A stretch of DNA of 64,000 nt from a bacterium (GCA_031362565.1 JANLSU010000048.1:8696-72695), one strand, 5' to 3'. Shown: positions 53,358 through 63,510, counted from the first letter of the stretch. The notes: a model not told the origin generated them from the sequence alone. Translations and numbers: made by a program.

Positions 53358-53926
53358 GACTGGCTGTCGCACGGATTGCAGCGGTTGTCGCGGCGGCCGT
53401 CACGATCCTTCTTGGAGTCGCAACCGGCTCCGTCGCGGGGCCGCTCGAAAAAAGACCGGCGCCCCGTTTCGAGGTCCGGAGCTTGAGTGGTGAACACCTG
53501 CGCTTGGTGGATCTCCTGGCGCACGGTCCGGTGCTCCTCGACTTTTGGGCCACCTGGTGTAAACCGTGCTTGGCGTCGCTCCCGGAACTCGAAAAGCTGC
53601 ACCAGCGCTATCGCGCGCGCGGGCTCACCGTGCTCGGGATCTCCGTCGATGGACCTCGGAACTTCGTCAAGGTGAAACCCTTCGTCCAGAAACTTCACCT
53701 CACCTTCCCCGTCGCCCTCGACGAGGACGGCTCACTGCAAGCGAAGTACTCCGTTGGCGGCTACCCGACGAGCGTGCTCATCGGGGCTGACGGTGCGGTG
53801 GATTTCCTCTTGGAGGGCTACCAGCCCGGTAACCTCGACGCGCTGGAAAAGAGGCTCCGGTCCCTGCTCGATGGGGGCGCAAGGGATTCCGCCGCGCAAG
53901 AATCGCCGCCGGATTCAACGCGATGA
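53354..53926 (+). CDS. TlpA-family thiol:disulfide oxidoreductase
   Basis: DFWATWCKPC and YPTSVLI motifs; signal/TM anchor; ATGA coupling on both sides. Confidence 0.93.
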   Translation: MRLAVARIAAVVAAAVTILLGVATGSVAGPLEKRPAPRFEVRSLSGEHLRLVDLLAHGPVLLDFWATWCKPCLASLPELEKLHQRYRARGLTVLGISVDGPRNFVKVKPFVQKLHLTFPVALDEDGSLQAKYSVGGYPTSVLIGADGAVDFLLEGYQPGNLDALEKRLRSLLDGGARDSAAQESPPDSTR

Positions 53927-55479
53927 CCCGCTGCGTTCGATGCCGAGTCGGGCGAGCGTTGCTCGCTTCCATGCTTGGAATTTTCACTCTTCTCGCCCCC
54001 AAGCCCGCACTCGCTCAGCTTTCGCTCTACAACCTGCTCGTGGGCCAGGCCGGCAACGAACCCTTCGCCACTCCGTCCGACCGGCTGTCGCTCTACGACC
54101 GGTTGCACGTCGATCTCGATCTCCCCAACGTACGCGCGGGGCTCCGTTGGGAAACCAATCGGAATAGCCTCGAACTCGATCCGTACGGCGCCGTGACGTT
54201 TCGCTACGTCGAGTTCACGGACAAGAGGGGCACGCTCCGCCTCGGAAATTTCTACACCATCCTGGGGCGGGGTATCGTGCACCGCTCGTTCGATTTGCCA
54301 GCGGTGGTTCTGGACCAGCCAGGCACCCAAGCCCGTTACGCCCCGTCGCGAGATGTCGACGGGGCGCTGGGCGAAGGCCGGCTAGGGCCTGTTGGAGCGC
54401 GCGGATTCGTGGGGCGACCGAGCGGTGGCGATGTCTCGCCGGCTTCGGGGGATGCGCGCTATGGAAACCTCGAGGCCGGATCTGAGGTCGCTGCGGATCT
54501 GTGGCGGGGGACGCGGCTCGGCGCCACCTATCTCCGGGCTTCCGGGCCGGCCGGTTCGCGCTCGGAACGAGGCTCAGGGTTCGTACAGGCGGATCTACTG
54601 CAGCTCTTCGGCACGAGTGTCGTGTCTCTGCCGTTGTACTTCGAGTATGCGCAGGTCGACGGCTCGCTCGGTGATTGGTTCCGATTCGACACCGCCGACG
54701 ACGCGCCGCACGCGCTCTATGTTTCCAGCAGTTTGCTCGTAGACCCGATTAGTATCGCACTCGAATGGAAGGACTATCGGGGCTACCGTTTCGGCACCAA
54801 CGATCCTCCCTCGCTCGTCCGCGAGCACTCCGAGCCACTCCTCAATCGGAACACGCACGTTCTGAACGCGGAGAGCGAGACGGGATACCAAGTCGAGGCT
54901 GTCGTGAACGCAACGCGCCAGCTCTCCTTCACCGGCAACCTGAGTCGGGCGGACGGCGACTTCGCGCGTCGCAGCTCACGCTTCCAGGAACGTTACTTGG
55001 AGGCCCACTGGGGCGCACTGGAGCCCGGGGGCTTGGAAGCCGGCGCTTTCTGGAGCAGCGGCCGGGACCAGTTCGTGTTCATCCAGCGCCGCCGGATCAC
55101 CGGCGCGGGCGTCGTCGTGCCGTTGCCCGCCAAAGTACAACTGACGGCGGAACTGGAGCGCCAGGCGGCGACTCGGACCCCCGAGGTGTCCTTTGTCGAT
55201 CACTACGGTTCGCTCCAGTTGGCCCGCGGCAACGCAAGTTTGGCCGTGGTGTACGAGCGCTCCACCGATCCAGAGCAGGAGGCCCCGGACGACGCCGCAA
55301 GCGCCGAAGTGAACCCGCGCCATTTTGTCGCGATGGTGGGTGGCGTGCGTCTCTCCGACCACCACAACATGACGCTGTTCGTCGGCGAGCGCCGCGGGGG
55401 ACGCGCCTGCACGGCGGGCACTTGCTACGAGGTCCGTTCGTTCCGCGGCGCGGAACTCCGCCTCGTCTCCCGATTCTAG
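53923..55479 (+). CDS. DUF6029-like outer-membrane beta-barrel with C-terminal Cys pair
   Basis: Signal peptide; GNFYTILGRG and EWKDY motifs; C-terminus GERRGGRACTAGTCYEVRSFRG...SRF. Confidence 0.72.
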   Translation: MTRCVRCRVGRALLASMLGIFTLLAPKPALAQLSLYNLLVGQAGNEPFATPSDRLSLYDRLHVDLDLPNVRAGLRWETNRNSLELDPYGAVTFRYVEFTDKRGTLRLGNFYTILGRGIVHRSFDLPAVVLDQPGTQARYAPSRDVDGALGEGRLGPVGARGFVGRPSGGDVSPASGDARYGNLEAGSEVAADLWRGTRLGATYLRASGPAGSRSERGSGFVQADLLQLFGTSVVSLPLYFEYAQVDGSLGDWFRFDTADDAPHALYVSSSLLVDPISIALEWKDYRGYRFGTNDPPSLVREHSEPLLNRNTHVLNAESETGYQVEAVVNATRQLSFTGNLSRADGDFARRSSRFQERYLEAHWGALEPGGLEAGAFWSSGRDQFVFIQRRRITGAGVVVPLPAKVQLTAELERQAATRTPEVSFVDHYGSLQLARGNASLAVVYERSTDPEQEAPDDAASAEVNPRHFVAMVGGVRLSDHHNMTLFVGERRGGRACTAGTCYEVRSFRGAELRLVSRF

Positions 55480-55507
55480 GCGCCCACTTCGACGCGCCTC
55501 GCCGGTC

Positions 55508-56065
55508 TCAGCTGATACGGCGGTTGTGCAAGACGGCTTCTTGCAGGTACGCGCCGCCCATGTCGGCGCCCTCTTGACCTTGCGGCGCTTGGGTTTCGCA
55601 GTAGGTCTTGAGGTTCGCGACACACGCTTCCCACTGCTTGAGCGCAACATCGTGGTAGCGCTCCCAGCGCGGGCCCGATTGGAACGCGGTGGCGCGGACG
55701 CGAACGATGGTCGGCTTTTGGCGTGGATCGTTCTTGGAGAACACGTCCACCTCGAGGCGTGTCGGCCCGAAGATTTCGCCCTTCGGCGTCAGCCAGTGCA
55801 GCGCGCCGAAGTACACGAAGTGTCCGCCCATCGATTTGTCGAGCACCCCGGCGAGCGTGCCGCCGGTCGGACCCAAAAGGTCGTCCTGCCCGAACGCGCC
55901 GGGTTCCCACTCGACCACGAACAAGCCGCCCGGCCGCGGTTGGACAACGGCGTTCTTGGCCTTCGCCCAAGTCTTGATCGCTTGTGCATCGAGAAATGCG
56001 AACAGCACCTGCATCGCCGGCGCATCGATGGTCGCACTGAGTTCGAACGAATCCTTCGGGGTCAT
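55508..56065 (-). CDS. SRPBCC/AHSA1-like domain protein
   Basis: IDAP..VLFAF..IKTW and PRPGG motifs; C-terminal W...NLKTYCE helix. Confidence 0.72.
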   Translation of the reverse strand: MTPKDSFELSATIDAPAMQVLFAFLDAQAIKTWAKAKNAVVQPRPGGLFVVEWEPGAFGQDDLLGPTGGTLAGVLDKSMGGHFVYFGALHWLTPKGEIFGPTRLEVDVFSKNDPRQKPTIVRVRATAFQSGPRWERYHDVALKQWEACVANLKTYCETQAPQGQEGADMGGAYLQEAVLHNRRIS

Positions 56066-56127
56066 GCTCGAATCACCTCATGGTGGCGAAGCTTAGCCGA
56101 CGGCCGGTGGGACGGACAACCCGGTCC

Positions 56128-56901
56128 TCACATGCCCATGATGTTGTAGCCGCAATCCACGTGCAGCGTCTCGCCGGTGATGCCGGCACTGTGATCGGAG
56201 AGCAAGAACAGCCCCGTGTGCGCCACATCGTCCATGGTGATGTTGCGCTGCAACGGTGATTTCTCGCGCGCGTGGGTCAGCATCGAATTGAAATCGCCGA
56301 CGCCTTTGGCCGACAGCGTCTTGATCGGGCCCGCCGACAGCGCGTTGACGCGAATGTTCTGCGGCCCGAGATCGTTGGCCAGGTACCGCACGCTCGCCTC
56401 CAGGGCGGCCTTGGTGACGCCCATGATGTTGTAGTGCGGAATCACCTTTTCGGCGCCGAAATAGGTCAGAGTGATCATGGCGCCGCCGCCGCGCGCCGCC
56501 ATGAGTGGTGCTGCGCCGCGTGCCATCGCCGTGAACGAATAGGCCCCGATGTCGAGCGCTTTGTGAAAGCCGCTACGCGACACGGTGTAATACGGCCCCA
56601 CCAAGTCCTCTTTCTCGGCGTACGCCACGGCATGCACGAGCAAATCGATGCCGCCCATTTCCTTGCCGATCACCTCGAAAAGGCGGTCGATGGCCGCGTC
56701 ATCGGCGACGTCACAAGGCAGGACGAGCGGACTGTTCAGGGTCTCGGCCAGGCGCCGGACGCGCTCCTCGATTGCTCCGCCCTGATAGGTCACCGCCAGC
56801 GTCGCGCCCTCGGCGACGAGTTGCTGCGCAATCCCGTATGCCAGGCTGCGGTCGTTCGCGAGCCCCAAAACGAGCGCCTTTTTGCCCGCCACTGAACCCA
56901 T
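56128..56901 (-). CDS. fabI: Enoyl-ACP reductase
   Basis: GLANDRSLAYGIA, YNIMGVTKAALE and SAGPIKTL motifs. Confidence 0.95.
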   Translation of the reverse strand: MGSVAGKKALVLGLANDRSLAYGIAQQLVAEGATLAVTYQGGAIEERVRRLAETLNSPLVLPCDVADDAAIDRLFEVIGKEMGGIDLLVHAVAYAEKEDLVGPYYTVSRSGFHKALDIGAYSFTAMARGAAPLMAARGGGAMITLTYFGAEKVIPHYNIMGVTKAALEASVRYLANDLGPQNIRVNALSAGPIKTLSAKGVGDFNSMLTHAREKSPLQRNITMDDVAHTGLFLLSDHSAGITGETLHVDCGYNIMGM

Positions 56902-57243
56902 CTTGGCCCCCCTCTTCGGTGCACCGGCCGCCGGCGGCCGAGGGCGCAGCGTAGGACGTCAGCCGGAGACCACTCAATCGTTCTCTTTACGGGCCCGCAG
57001 ATCGCCGCCACCCGTCCAGGCGGCGCAGGCTGGGTGCGGCTGTGGCCCGCAGCGCCGGCCTGCCCGCCAGCGCGGGCGACCTGCACGTGCGAACCCGTTT
57101 CCAGACGGCGCTCTCATACCGGGCTGGCCTTCTCGGGGTACCGCGGGGGTTCTCGACAGGCGGAAGGGGCCGCGGGCGCCGCGATGCCGGACCACAGGCC
57201 ATGCGGCGCCGCGACCGGCCGCGACGGACCCCCGTGCTCCAGA

Positions 57244-57259
57244 TGGCATGTCCGGTGCA
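57244..57259 (+). promoter_or_regulatory. Putative sigma54 promoter
   Basis: TGGCATGTCCGGTGCA (GG-N10-GC); predicted +1 falls at about ATG 57270. Confidence 0.45.
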
Positions 57260-57269
57260 GACCTGGGGC

Positions 57270-58442
57270 ATGAACCGACGCATCCAGACTCACGTAACGG
57301 GACCGCCGTGGCACGACACGCCACCGACGCCCGATGCCCACCGCCGACGCCGGCCCGGCACCCGAGCCGTGCGCCGGAGCGCGCTCGTGTGCGGCGCTCT
57401 GATGGCGACGGTGGCGTTGGGGAGCCGTATTCCGCTGTGGCTCCGAAGCCACGTCGCGGCGGTTTCGAACCCGCCGGCGAATGTCGTTGCCGAGCCACTC
57501 GACGCCTTACTACGCGGCGTCGAAGCCGCGGCGGATTCGGGCGCCACCGGCGACGTCGCGGCGCGCTGTGAAGCCATCGTCAACGGTTATCCGGAGCATC
57601 CGGTCGTGGAGCCGGCGCTGTTGCGTTTGGTGCAAGCGCGGATTCGCATGGCCGACGAGCGCGGTGCGCGGGCGGCATTTCAGATGTTGCGCGCCCGCTT
57701 CCCGCACAGCCGCTTGTTGTCCGAGGCACTCGTCGATATGGCGAGCTGGCGCTACGAGCAGCGCGACTACCATGGCGCAGCGAATGCCTACACGGATCTC
57801 GTCGCACTCGTGACGAGCGCCGACGGTTCGGCGGCGGGCGAAGACACCGCACCGCCACCGGTCATCTGGCGCTCCAAGAGCCTGTGGAACGAGCACAAGC
57901 GCGCCGAGCGCAGCCGCACTGAACTCGAACGCCTGGCGCGTTTCAACCAGGCGCTGAGCTATGAGAACGCCGGCGACCGGGATTCGGCGCTGCGCGCCTT
58001 TGAGCGTTTCCTGTCGCGTTTCCCGCAGGATGCGTGCGTTCCCGAAGCGCGCTTTCGGATGGCGGGTCTGTTGCTCGAAGAGGAGCGCAGCGACGAAGCG
58101 CTCGCCGCCTACCGCGAAGTCTATGAAGATCCGCTCGCCGCGGTGGCGTTCCGTTGCGAGAGTCTCTACCGCGCCGGACGCCAGTACGAAGCGACGCGCC
58201 GCTTCGAAGAAGCGATCGCGACGTTGCGCCTCGTGCTGCCGCTGCAGCCGGCCGACAACGAGTTCCGGCTTGCATCGCTCGGTGAACTGGCGCCGCTCCT
58301 CGAGTCACGTGACCCCGCCCGGGCGCTGGCGATCTACCGTGAACTCGCGCTGTCGAACGCCGCGCCGAGCGTGCGGGCGGTGGCCGCGCAACGCCTTGCG
58401 ACGCTCGAAGGCACGGCGTCGGTGGCGGCCGCGCCGCACTGA
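57270..58442 (+). CDS. Membrane-anchored TPR protein (BamD/CpoB-like repeats)
   Basis: N-terminal TM segment; repeated F/YP.....EA.F helix pairs. Start is uncertain. Confidence 0.75.
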   Translation: MNRRIQTHVTGPPWHDTPPTPDAHRRRRPGTRAVRRSALVCGALMATVALGSRIPLWLRSHVAAVSNPPANVVAEPLDALLRGVEAAADSGATGDVAARCEAIVNGYPEHPVVEPALLRLVQARIRMADERGARAAFQMLRARFPHSRLLSEALVDMASWRYEQRDYHGAANAYTDLVALVTSADGSAAGEDTAPPPVIWRSKSLWNEHKRAERSRTELERLARFNQALSYENAGDRDSALRAFERFLSRFPQDACVPEARFRMAGLLLEEERSDEALAAYREVYEDPLAAVAFRCESLYRAGRQYEATRRFEEAIATLRLVLPLQPADNEFRLASLGELAPLLESRDPARALAIYRELALSNAAPSVRAVAAQRLATLEGTASVAAAPH

Positions 58443-58487
58443 ACGAGGCCGGTTGCGGCCCCCGGACCCTGGCGATAGAGTGTCGCC

Positions 58488-60278
58488 ATGGCCTCCAGTT
58501 CCAGTTTCAGTTTCGATGGCATGCACGTCGATTCGTCATTCCGTCCGGGTGCACGCGACGCGGCGATCGCGTTGGCGATCGCACTCGTGGCATCGCTGCT
58601 GCCGTTCCACCACCTGTTCCGCCTGCCGTTCGCGCTCGATGACTACACGTTTCTCCTGCAAGCGGCGGGGATCGACCCGGCGCCGTTCACGCTCCGGCGT
58701 TGGCTCTCGACGCACGCCTACTACGAAGCGATGCTGGGTGTTTTCGGGCCGCGGCCACTGCCGTGGCACGGCGTCGCATTTCTGTTGCACGCGTCGTTGG
58801 CGGCCGGCGTTTGGGCGATGGCACGGCGCTTGGGTGCATCACGCCCGGCGGCGTACACGGCGTGCGGCCTGTTCGCTGCGAGTCCCGTCAATGTCACCGT
58901 CGTGTACTGGATCGCCTGCATTCAAGAGATCGGCGCCGGACTCTTCTTGGTGGCAGCGGCCTGGGTGATCGGCAACCCGGGGCGATGGCGCTGGGCCGCG
59001 GTGCCGTTGTTCGTCTTGGCGATGTTGTGCAAGGAGTCGGTGCTCGTCGCGCCCGCCGCCCTCCTCTTCATCTATGGCCGCCGCGTTTGGCGCCCGGCCG
59101 CCGCGATGCTGCTGGCCGGTGCCGTGGTGTTCATCGCGTCGGGCCTGCAAACGCGGATGTTCGCGTCCGATCTCTCGCTGCCGTATGCCGCGGCGTACGA
59201 TTCGACGCTCGCAGTCAATCTCGCCACCCAGTTGGTGTGGCTGCTCGCCGGGTGGCGCGCCTATCCGGACCGCGTTGCGGCGCCGGATCCGCATCTCGTG
59301 CCGTTGGCGCTGGCGTTCCTGGCGGCGGCGCTGATCGCCGTGCGTCTCTGGGGGCGCACGGCGCGCCCGGCGGGCCTGGCCGCCGCCGTGTGGTACGTGG
59401 CGCTTCTCGCGCCCGTACTGCCGCTCCGGCAACATGCCTACGCGTATTACAGCTACCTGCCGCAGATGGGACTGTTGATCTTGATCGCCGTCGCGGTCGA
59501 CCGCCTGTGCGCGCGCTGGCGGCCGCGAATGCCGGCGTTGCGGCTCGCGGCCGGCGTGGCGCTGATTGCCCTGTCGATCGGCTGTGCGGCGCGGAGCGCA
59601 AAGACCCACGAGTCGTTGCTGCTTCCCAAGAGCTTGGTGATCCACGATTCGGTGCTGCGCGCCGGAGCCTGTGCCGGCGCGATCGTCCGCGCCGTGCACG
59701 ATGCGCGGCTGCCGCCGGCGGTACGCCGGGTGGCGTTCACGTCTTTCCCCGAGCAGCTCGGTAACTCCGCGCCGACGCCGGGCAGCGACGCCAACCGGCC
59801 TCATTCCGTCCGGGTGCGGCGGTTTCCGCTCCGCGATGCGCTGCGCGACGGCAAACTCATTGCGCTGCACTTCCCCGGGCGCACTTCGGTCTGGGCGGAT
59901 ACCTTGACGGCGCGCGACGAACAGGATGACACGGCGCTCTTCTTCACGTCGGGCTTCAACGACGTAACGTTGGTCAAGGACTTGCCGCGCGGCTATCTCT
60001 TGCAGGCACAAGGGCAGCTCTTGGCGGACGATCGTCCCGCCGCGACACGCTCGTTGTTGCGGGCGCTCACCATCGCGCCGGGGCACGCATCGGCGCGGGT
60101 CCTGCTCGCGGGGCTCGAGCTGGAAGCCGGGCACGTCGGCGCGGTGCGGACCCTGCTCGGCGGGGTGGATTCGACGGCGGTGACGCCGGAGATGCGGCCG
60201 ATCTTGAGGCAGGTGGCAAACTATTTGCGGACCGGGAAGCAGTTCCCGGATTCAGCCGCGGCGGTTCCGGCGCGCTGA
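58488..60278 (+). CDS. Polytopic membrane protein, GT-C-like glycosyltransferase with C-terminal TPR
   Basis: PFALDDY, LCKES and YYSYLP motifs; more than 10 TM segments. Confidence 0.65.
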   Translation: MASSSSFSFDGMHVDSSFRPGARDAAIALAIALVASLLPFHHLFRLPFALDDYTFLLQAAGIDPAPFTLRRWLSTHAYYEAMLGVFGPRPLPWHGVAFLLHASLAAGVWAMARRLGASRPAAYTACGLFAASPVNVTVVYWIACIQEIGAGLFLVAAAWVIGNPGRWRWAAVPLFVLAMLCKESVLVAPAALLFIYGRRVWRPAAAMLLAGAVVFIASGLQTRMFASDLSLPYAAAYDSTLAVNLATQLVWLLAGWRAYPDRVAAPDPHLVPLALAFLAAALIAVRLWGRTARPAGLAAAVWYVALLAPVLPLRQHAYAYYSYLPQMGLLILIAVAVDRLCARWRPRMPALRLAAGVALIALSIGCAARSAKTHESLLLPKSLVIHDSVLRAGACAGAIVRAVHDARLPPAVRRVAFTSFPEQLGNSAPTPGSDANRPHSVRVRRFPLRDALRDGKLIALHFPGRTSVWADTLTARDEQDDTALFFTSGFNDVTLVKDLPRGYLLQAQGQLLADDRPAATRSLLRALTIAPGHASARVLLAGLELEAGHVGAVRTLLGGVDSTAVTPEMRPILRQVANYLRTGKQFPDSAAAVPAR

Positions 60279-60285
60279 TGGCGTT

Positions 60286-60948
60286 TCAGGCCGGCGCCTG
60301 CGCGCGCACGAACTCCGCCACCTCATGGCCGAGAAAATGTTCCGCCCAGCGCACCCGGTCGCCGGCTGCCGACGCGCCTTGCACGGGCTGCAGGTCCTGC
60401 GTCTGCACCGACAGGAAGAGATGCTGCGGATCGCGGAAGAACGGTTCGATCCGCAACTCCACCGACTTGCCTTGCGCGTGGGCCGGAAACACCAGTTTGA
60501 CTCCGATGCCGGCACAGGGCGCACCAAGCGCACCGACATCGCTGCGCCCAAAGCGCAGCAGCCGCGATTCGAGGAAGTCCTGCGCCGCGATGCCGTCGAT
60601 CGGCCACAAGGCTTCGACGACGACTTCCTGCATGACGAAAATGCCCGGCGTAAAAGCGTCCCAAAAATCCTGCACCACATGCTCGAAGTCGCGCACCGTC
60701 TCGTAGGTCGATTGGTTGTTCGGAATGCGTTCTTTGTATGCGAGACGATCCGGTCCGAGGCGGGTCTGCGAGCCATCGTCGTTCATGAGCCTGGCGCCGT
60801 CGGGCAAGAACTGAAATTGCGCGTACGGCTTATAGGCGCACACAGTGCTATAGAGGCCCGTGAGCTTGCCGCGTTCCAGCCGTACGGTCGGCGGGTACAA
60901 GAGAACACTCTGCAGCGCGACGGGCTGGATCCGGTCCGGATTGAGCAC
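60286..60948 (-). CDS. Hypothetical cytoplasmic protein
   Basis: Globular-looking sequence (RIEPFFRDP); GTG 60948 preceded by GAAGGCGGAG. Start is uncertain. Confidence 0.65.
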   Translation of the reverse strand: MLNPDRIQPVALQSVLLYPPTVRLERGKLTGLYSTVCAYKPYAQFQFLPDGARLMNDDGSQTRLGPDRLAYKERIPNNQSTYETVRDFEHVVQDFWDAFTPGIFVMQEVVVEALWPIDGIAAQDFLESRLLRFGRSDVGALGAPCAGIGVKLVFPAHAQGKSVELRIEPFFRDPQHLFLSVQTQDLQPVQGASAAGDRVRWAEHFLGHEVAEFVRAQAPA

Positions 60949-61098
60949 GAGATCTCCGCCTTCGGCGAGCAACCACGACGGCGCCGCGCGTGGAACGCGC
61001 GCCAGGACCACCACATCCACCCCCGCCCGTGTGGCCATGGTAGGCCGCTGCATCCCAGCCCGGCAACCGGGGCCCGTCCAGGCGCCTGAATCAGACCC

Positions 61099-61114
61099 TG
61101 GCATGTGCGTTGCT
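61099..61114 (+). promoter_or_regulatory. Putative sigma54 promoter
   Basis: TGGCATGTGCGTTGCT is a near-perfect -24/-12 consensus; predicted +1 is about 61124-61126. Confidence 0.65.
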
Positions 61115-61123
61115 GGTTCTTCA

Positions 61124-63502
61124 ATGATGCGCAACAACCTCCTGACCTCGGCGACCAGATTCCACGACGACCAGTCTCTCATCTTGGTGGGACTGGGCGG
61201 CTTCGGCCGTTCCGTGCTGCATTTGCTGCGGCAGGAGTTCGACCGCCTCCGCGTTCCCGACGACCGGGTCTTCTATCTCGCCGTCGACGCCGAACATTCG
61301 CCGCCGGACACCGGCGACGCCGGCCCGGACTCCGACCTCTTGGTGCCACTCCGGCCGTTCCAGGCGGACGTCTACTTGGCAGCGCGCGAAAACGAGTCGC
61401 TGCGCGATGCTGTAACGCATTTGCCCGAAGCCGCGTGGTCCGACCGCCCAGCCGCAAGCCAGGGCCTGCCCGGGGCCGGATTCGTGGCGTTCCATCGCTA
61501 CGACGAAACCCTCGTCACCAACCGGATGCGCGCCCTGGTAGACGAAGCGCGCGCCAAGAACCAGAGCGGCAAGATCAAGTGCCTCGTCGTGTGCAGCATG
61601 GCGGGCGCCACGGGCAGCGGCATGGTGGTGCCGTTCTTGTTCCGGATCCGCGATCACTTGCGCGAGAAAAAAGCCCGCCTCGAAGTCTTCTTGGCGACGA
61701 GCGAGGGACATGCCGCCTCACCAGGCGTCGCCACCGAGGACGTCGAACGCAACTGCACCGCCAACGCGATGCTGTGGGACCAGGTTCTGCTCGGGACGCG
61801 CGAGTTCACCTATCCGGGTAAAGAAGGCGTCCGTGAAGACAAGGTCTTCCGCGGACCACTGCAGCACCGCACTTGGATTTTCTCCGGTGGGCTCGGCGCG
61901 ACGACGTATCAGCATCCGGTCGTCGCGTCCATCATCGCGAGTTGCATCTCGACGTTGGAATTGACCCGGCTGGGTGCGTACCTGGACGGCGACCGGGTGA
62001 ACTACTCGGAAGAGATTCTGGAGCGTACCTGGAAGGGTGAAAGTGGCGGCGCCCACCCGACGGCACTGCTGGCGATGAATGTCGCGGGGCTGCGCGCCGA
62101 CTGTTTTCCGCCGCTCTTCCATCTGCGCGCCACCCGGGCCTTCATCGATGAAGTTTCACGATCTTTGCCGGTGGCGACGGAATTGCAGCTGCGCACCGCG
62201 GTCGACGTCTGCTTGAGCGATGCGCGGCTCACCGACGACGCGATTGTCGAGGACTTGGGCGTCGGCGCCCGGCCGGTGACGCGCGACGAGGTGACGGCAG
62301 CGCGCTTGCCACAGGACAAATTGCATGCCTGGCTCTCGGAGCGCCTCGAAGAGGACGTTGGACGCTTGGTCGCGGTCGCCAACGGCCAGCACGAACCGCC
62401 GCGCACCGACGTGCTGCTCGATCGCGCCCGCCTGGCGATCAACGTTCGCGCCTCCGCCATCGCCAATGGGCCCGAGGGTTACTTGCCGGGGGCGATTCTC
62501 TTCTATCAATCGCTGCAGAAGCACCTCGACACGGCGCGGCAGTCGGTGCAGCACCGCGCCGAGTTGGCGCGCAACGAACTCGGTACGACGCCGAATCGCG
62601 ACCGTTTGAATGTGCTGCTCGACCGGCTGCGGCGCGATACGGTGCCCGACGAGGGCGGCCGGTTCGGGGTCGTGGAGCGTTTTGTCGCGACGCTGACCGT
62701 GTCGGTGCCGACCCAAGTCCGCAAGATTCTCGAGGTCGCAGCGGAGATTCGCGGCCATGCGCAGGTCCTGGCCGCGGGCACCGTGCTGGCCCACGTCTAC
62801 GAACGCCTCGCCCACCACTGCGAGAAGCAGCGCGAGGAACTCCAAGGCCGGCTCTATCAATTGAATACCGTGGCGTCGGTGTGTATGCGCGAGGAAGAAC
62901 TGATCCAGCGTTCGACCCGCGCCGCGTTCACGTATCAAAGGGCGCGCTTCGAGCCGCTCGTGGAACACTTGTGGACCGTGCTGCGTGAGCGCGTGGCGCT
63001 GCCGGGGCCGTCCGAAGTGATCGCGCGTATTGGCGGCGACCTGCCGTCATTCCTCGGCACCGAGCCGCAAATCCTCGAACGGCTCCTGGAGGCCGTAGAG
63101 GTCGATGGCAACGCGTTGGCGGCTGCCGCCGACGAAGTGCTGGCGCACGACCCCATGGTGCGTGACGTTCTGAAGGAATCGCTAGCGCAGTTCTTCCCCA
63201 CCATCCAGGTGGACCGCGACCGCTTCCCGACTCTGGATACGGTGCGGGCGCGATTCGTGTTGTGCACTCGAACCCAGTACGAAGCGCACCGCGACGACGT
63301 CTTCGAGGGTTACCACCACTTGGAAACCGACAACCCTTTCAACGTGCTCTTGACCGAACACGAGGAAGGGCTCCCCTTCGCTGCTCTGTCTTACGTGCAT
63401 CGCACCCATGAACGCTACAAGGTGCTCGTCGAACAGGGACGCGCCGCACTGGGACATGCCACGAGTGATCTTGCTTCGACGTTGCCGCCGCTCGACGCGT
63501 GA
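61124..63502 (+). CDS. Tubulin/FtsZ-superfamily (Tubulin_2-like) protein with long helical C-terminus
   Basis: LILVGLGGFG, YLAVD and CSMAGATGSG (variant of the GGGTGSG signature); coiled-coil-rich tail. Confidence 0.8.
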   Translation: MMRNNLLTSATRFHDDQSLILVGLGGFGRSVLHLLRQEFDRLRVPDDRVFYLAVDAEHSPPDTGDAGPDSDLLVPLRPFQADVYLAARENESLRDAVTHLPEAAWSDRPAASQGLPGAGFVAFHRYDETLVTNRMRALVDEARAKNQSGKIKCLVVCSMAGATGSGMVVPFLFRIRDHLREKKARLEVFLATSEGHAASPGVATEDVERNCTANAMLWDQVLLGTREFTYPGKEGVREDKVFRGPLQHRTWIFSGGLGATTYQHPVVASIIASCISTLELTRLGAYLDGDRVNYSEEILERTWKGESGGAHPTALLAMNVAGLRADCFPPLFHLRATRAFIDEVSRSLPVATELQLRTAVDVCLSDARLTDDAIVEDLGVGARPVTRDEVTAARLPQDKLHAWLSERLEEDVGRLVAVANGQHEPPRTDVLLDRARLAINVRASAIANGPEGYLPGAILFYQSLQKHLDTARQSVQHRAELARNELGTTPNRDRLNVLLDRLRRDTVPDEGGRFGVVERFVATLTVSVPTQVRKILEVAAEIRGHAQVLAAGTVLAHVYERLAHHCEKQREELQGRLYQLNTVASVCMREEELIQRSTRAAFTYQRARFEPLVEHLWTVLRERVALPGPSEVIARIGGDLPSFLGTEPQILERLLEAVEVDGNALAAAADEVLAHDPMVRDVLKESLAQFFPTIQVDRDRFPTLDTVRARFVLCTRTQYEAHRDDVFEGYHHLETDNPFNVLLTEHEEGLPFAALSYVHRTHERYKVLVEQGRAALGHATSDLASTLPPLDA

Positions 63503-63510
63503 CGGCGGCG

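Noticed and set aside
61124..63502. Assignment as ftsZ
   Set aside because: It is far too long, lacks the NTD and GGGTGTG FtsZ motifs, and is not in a dcw cluster.
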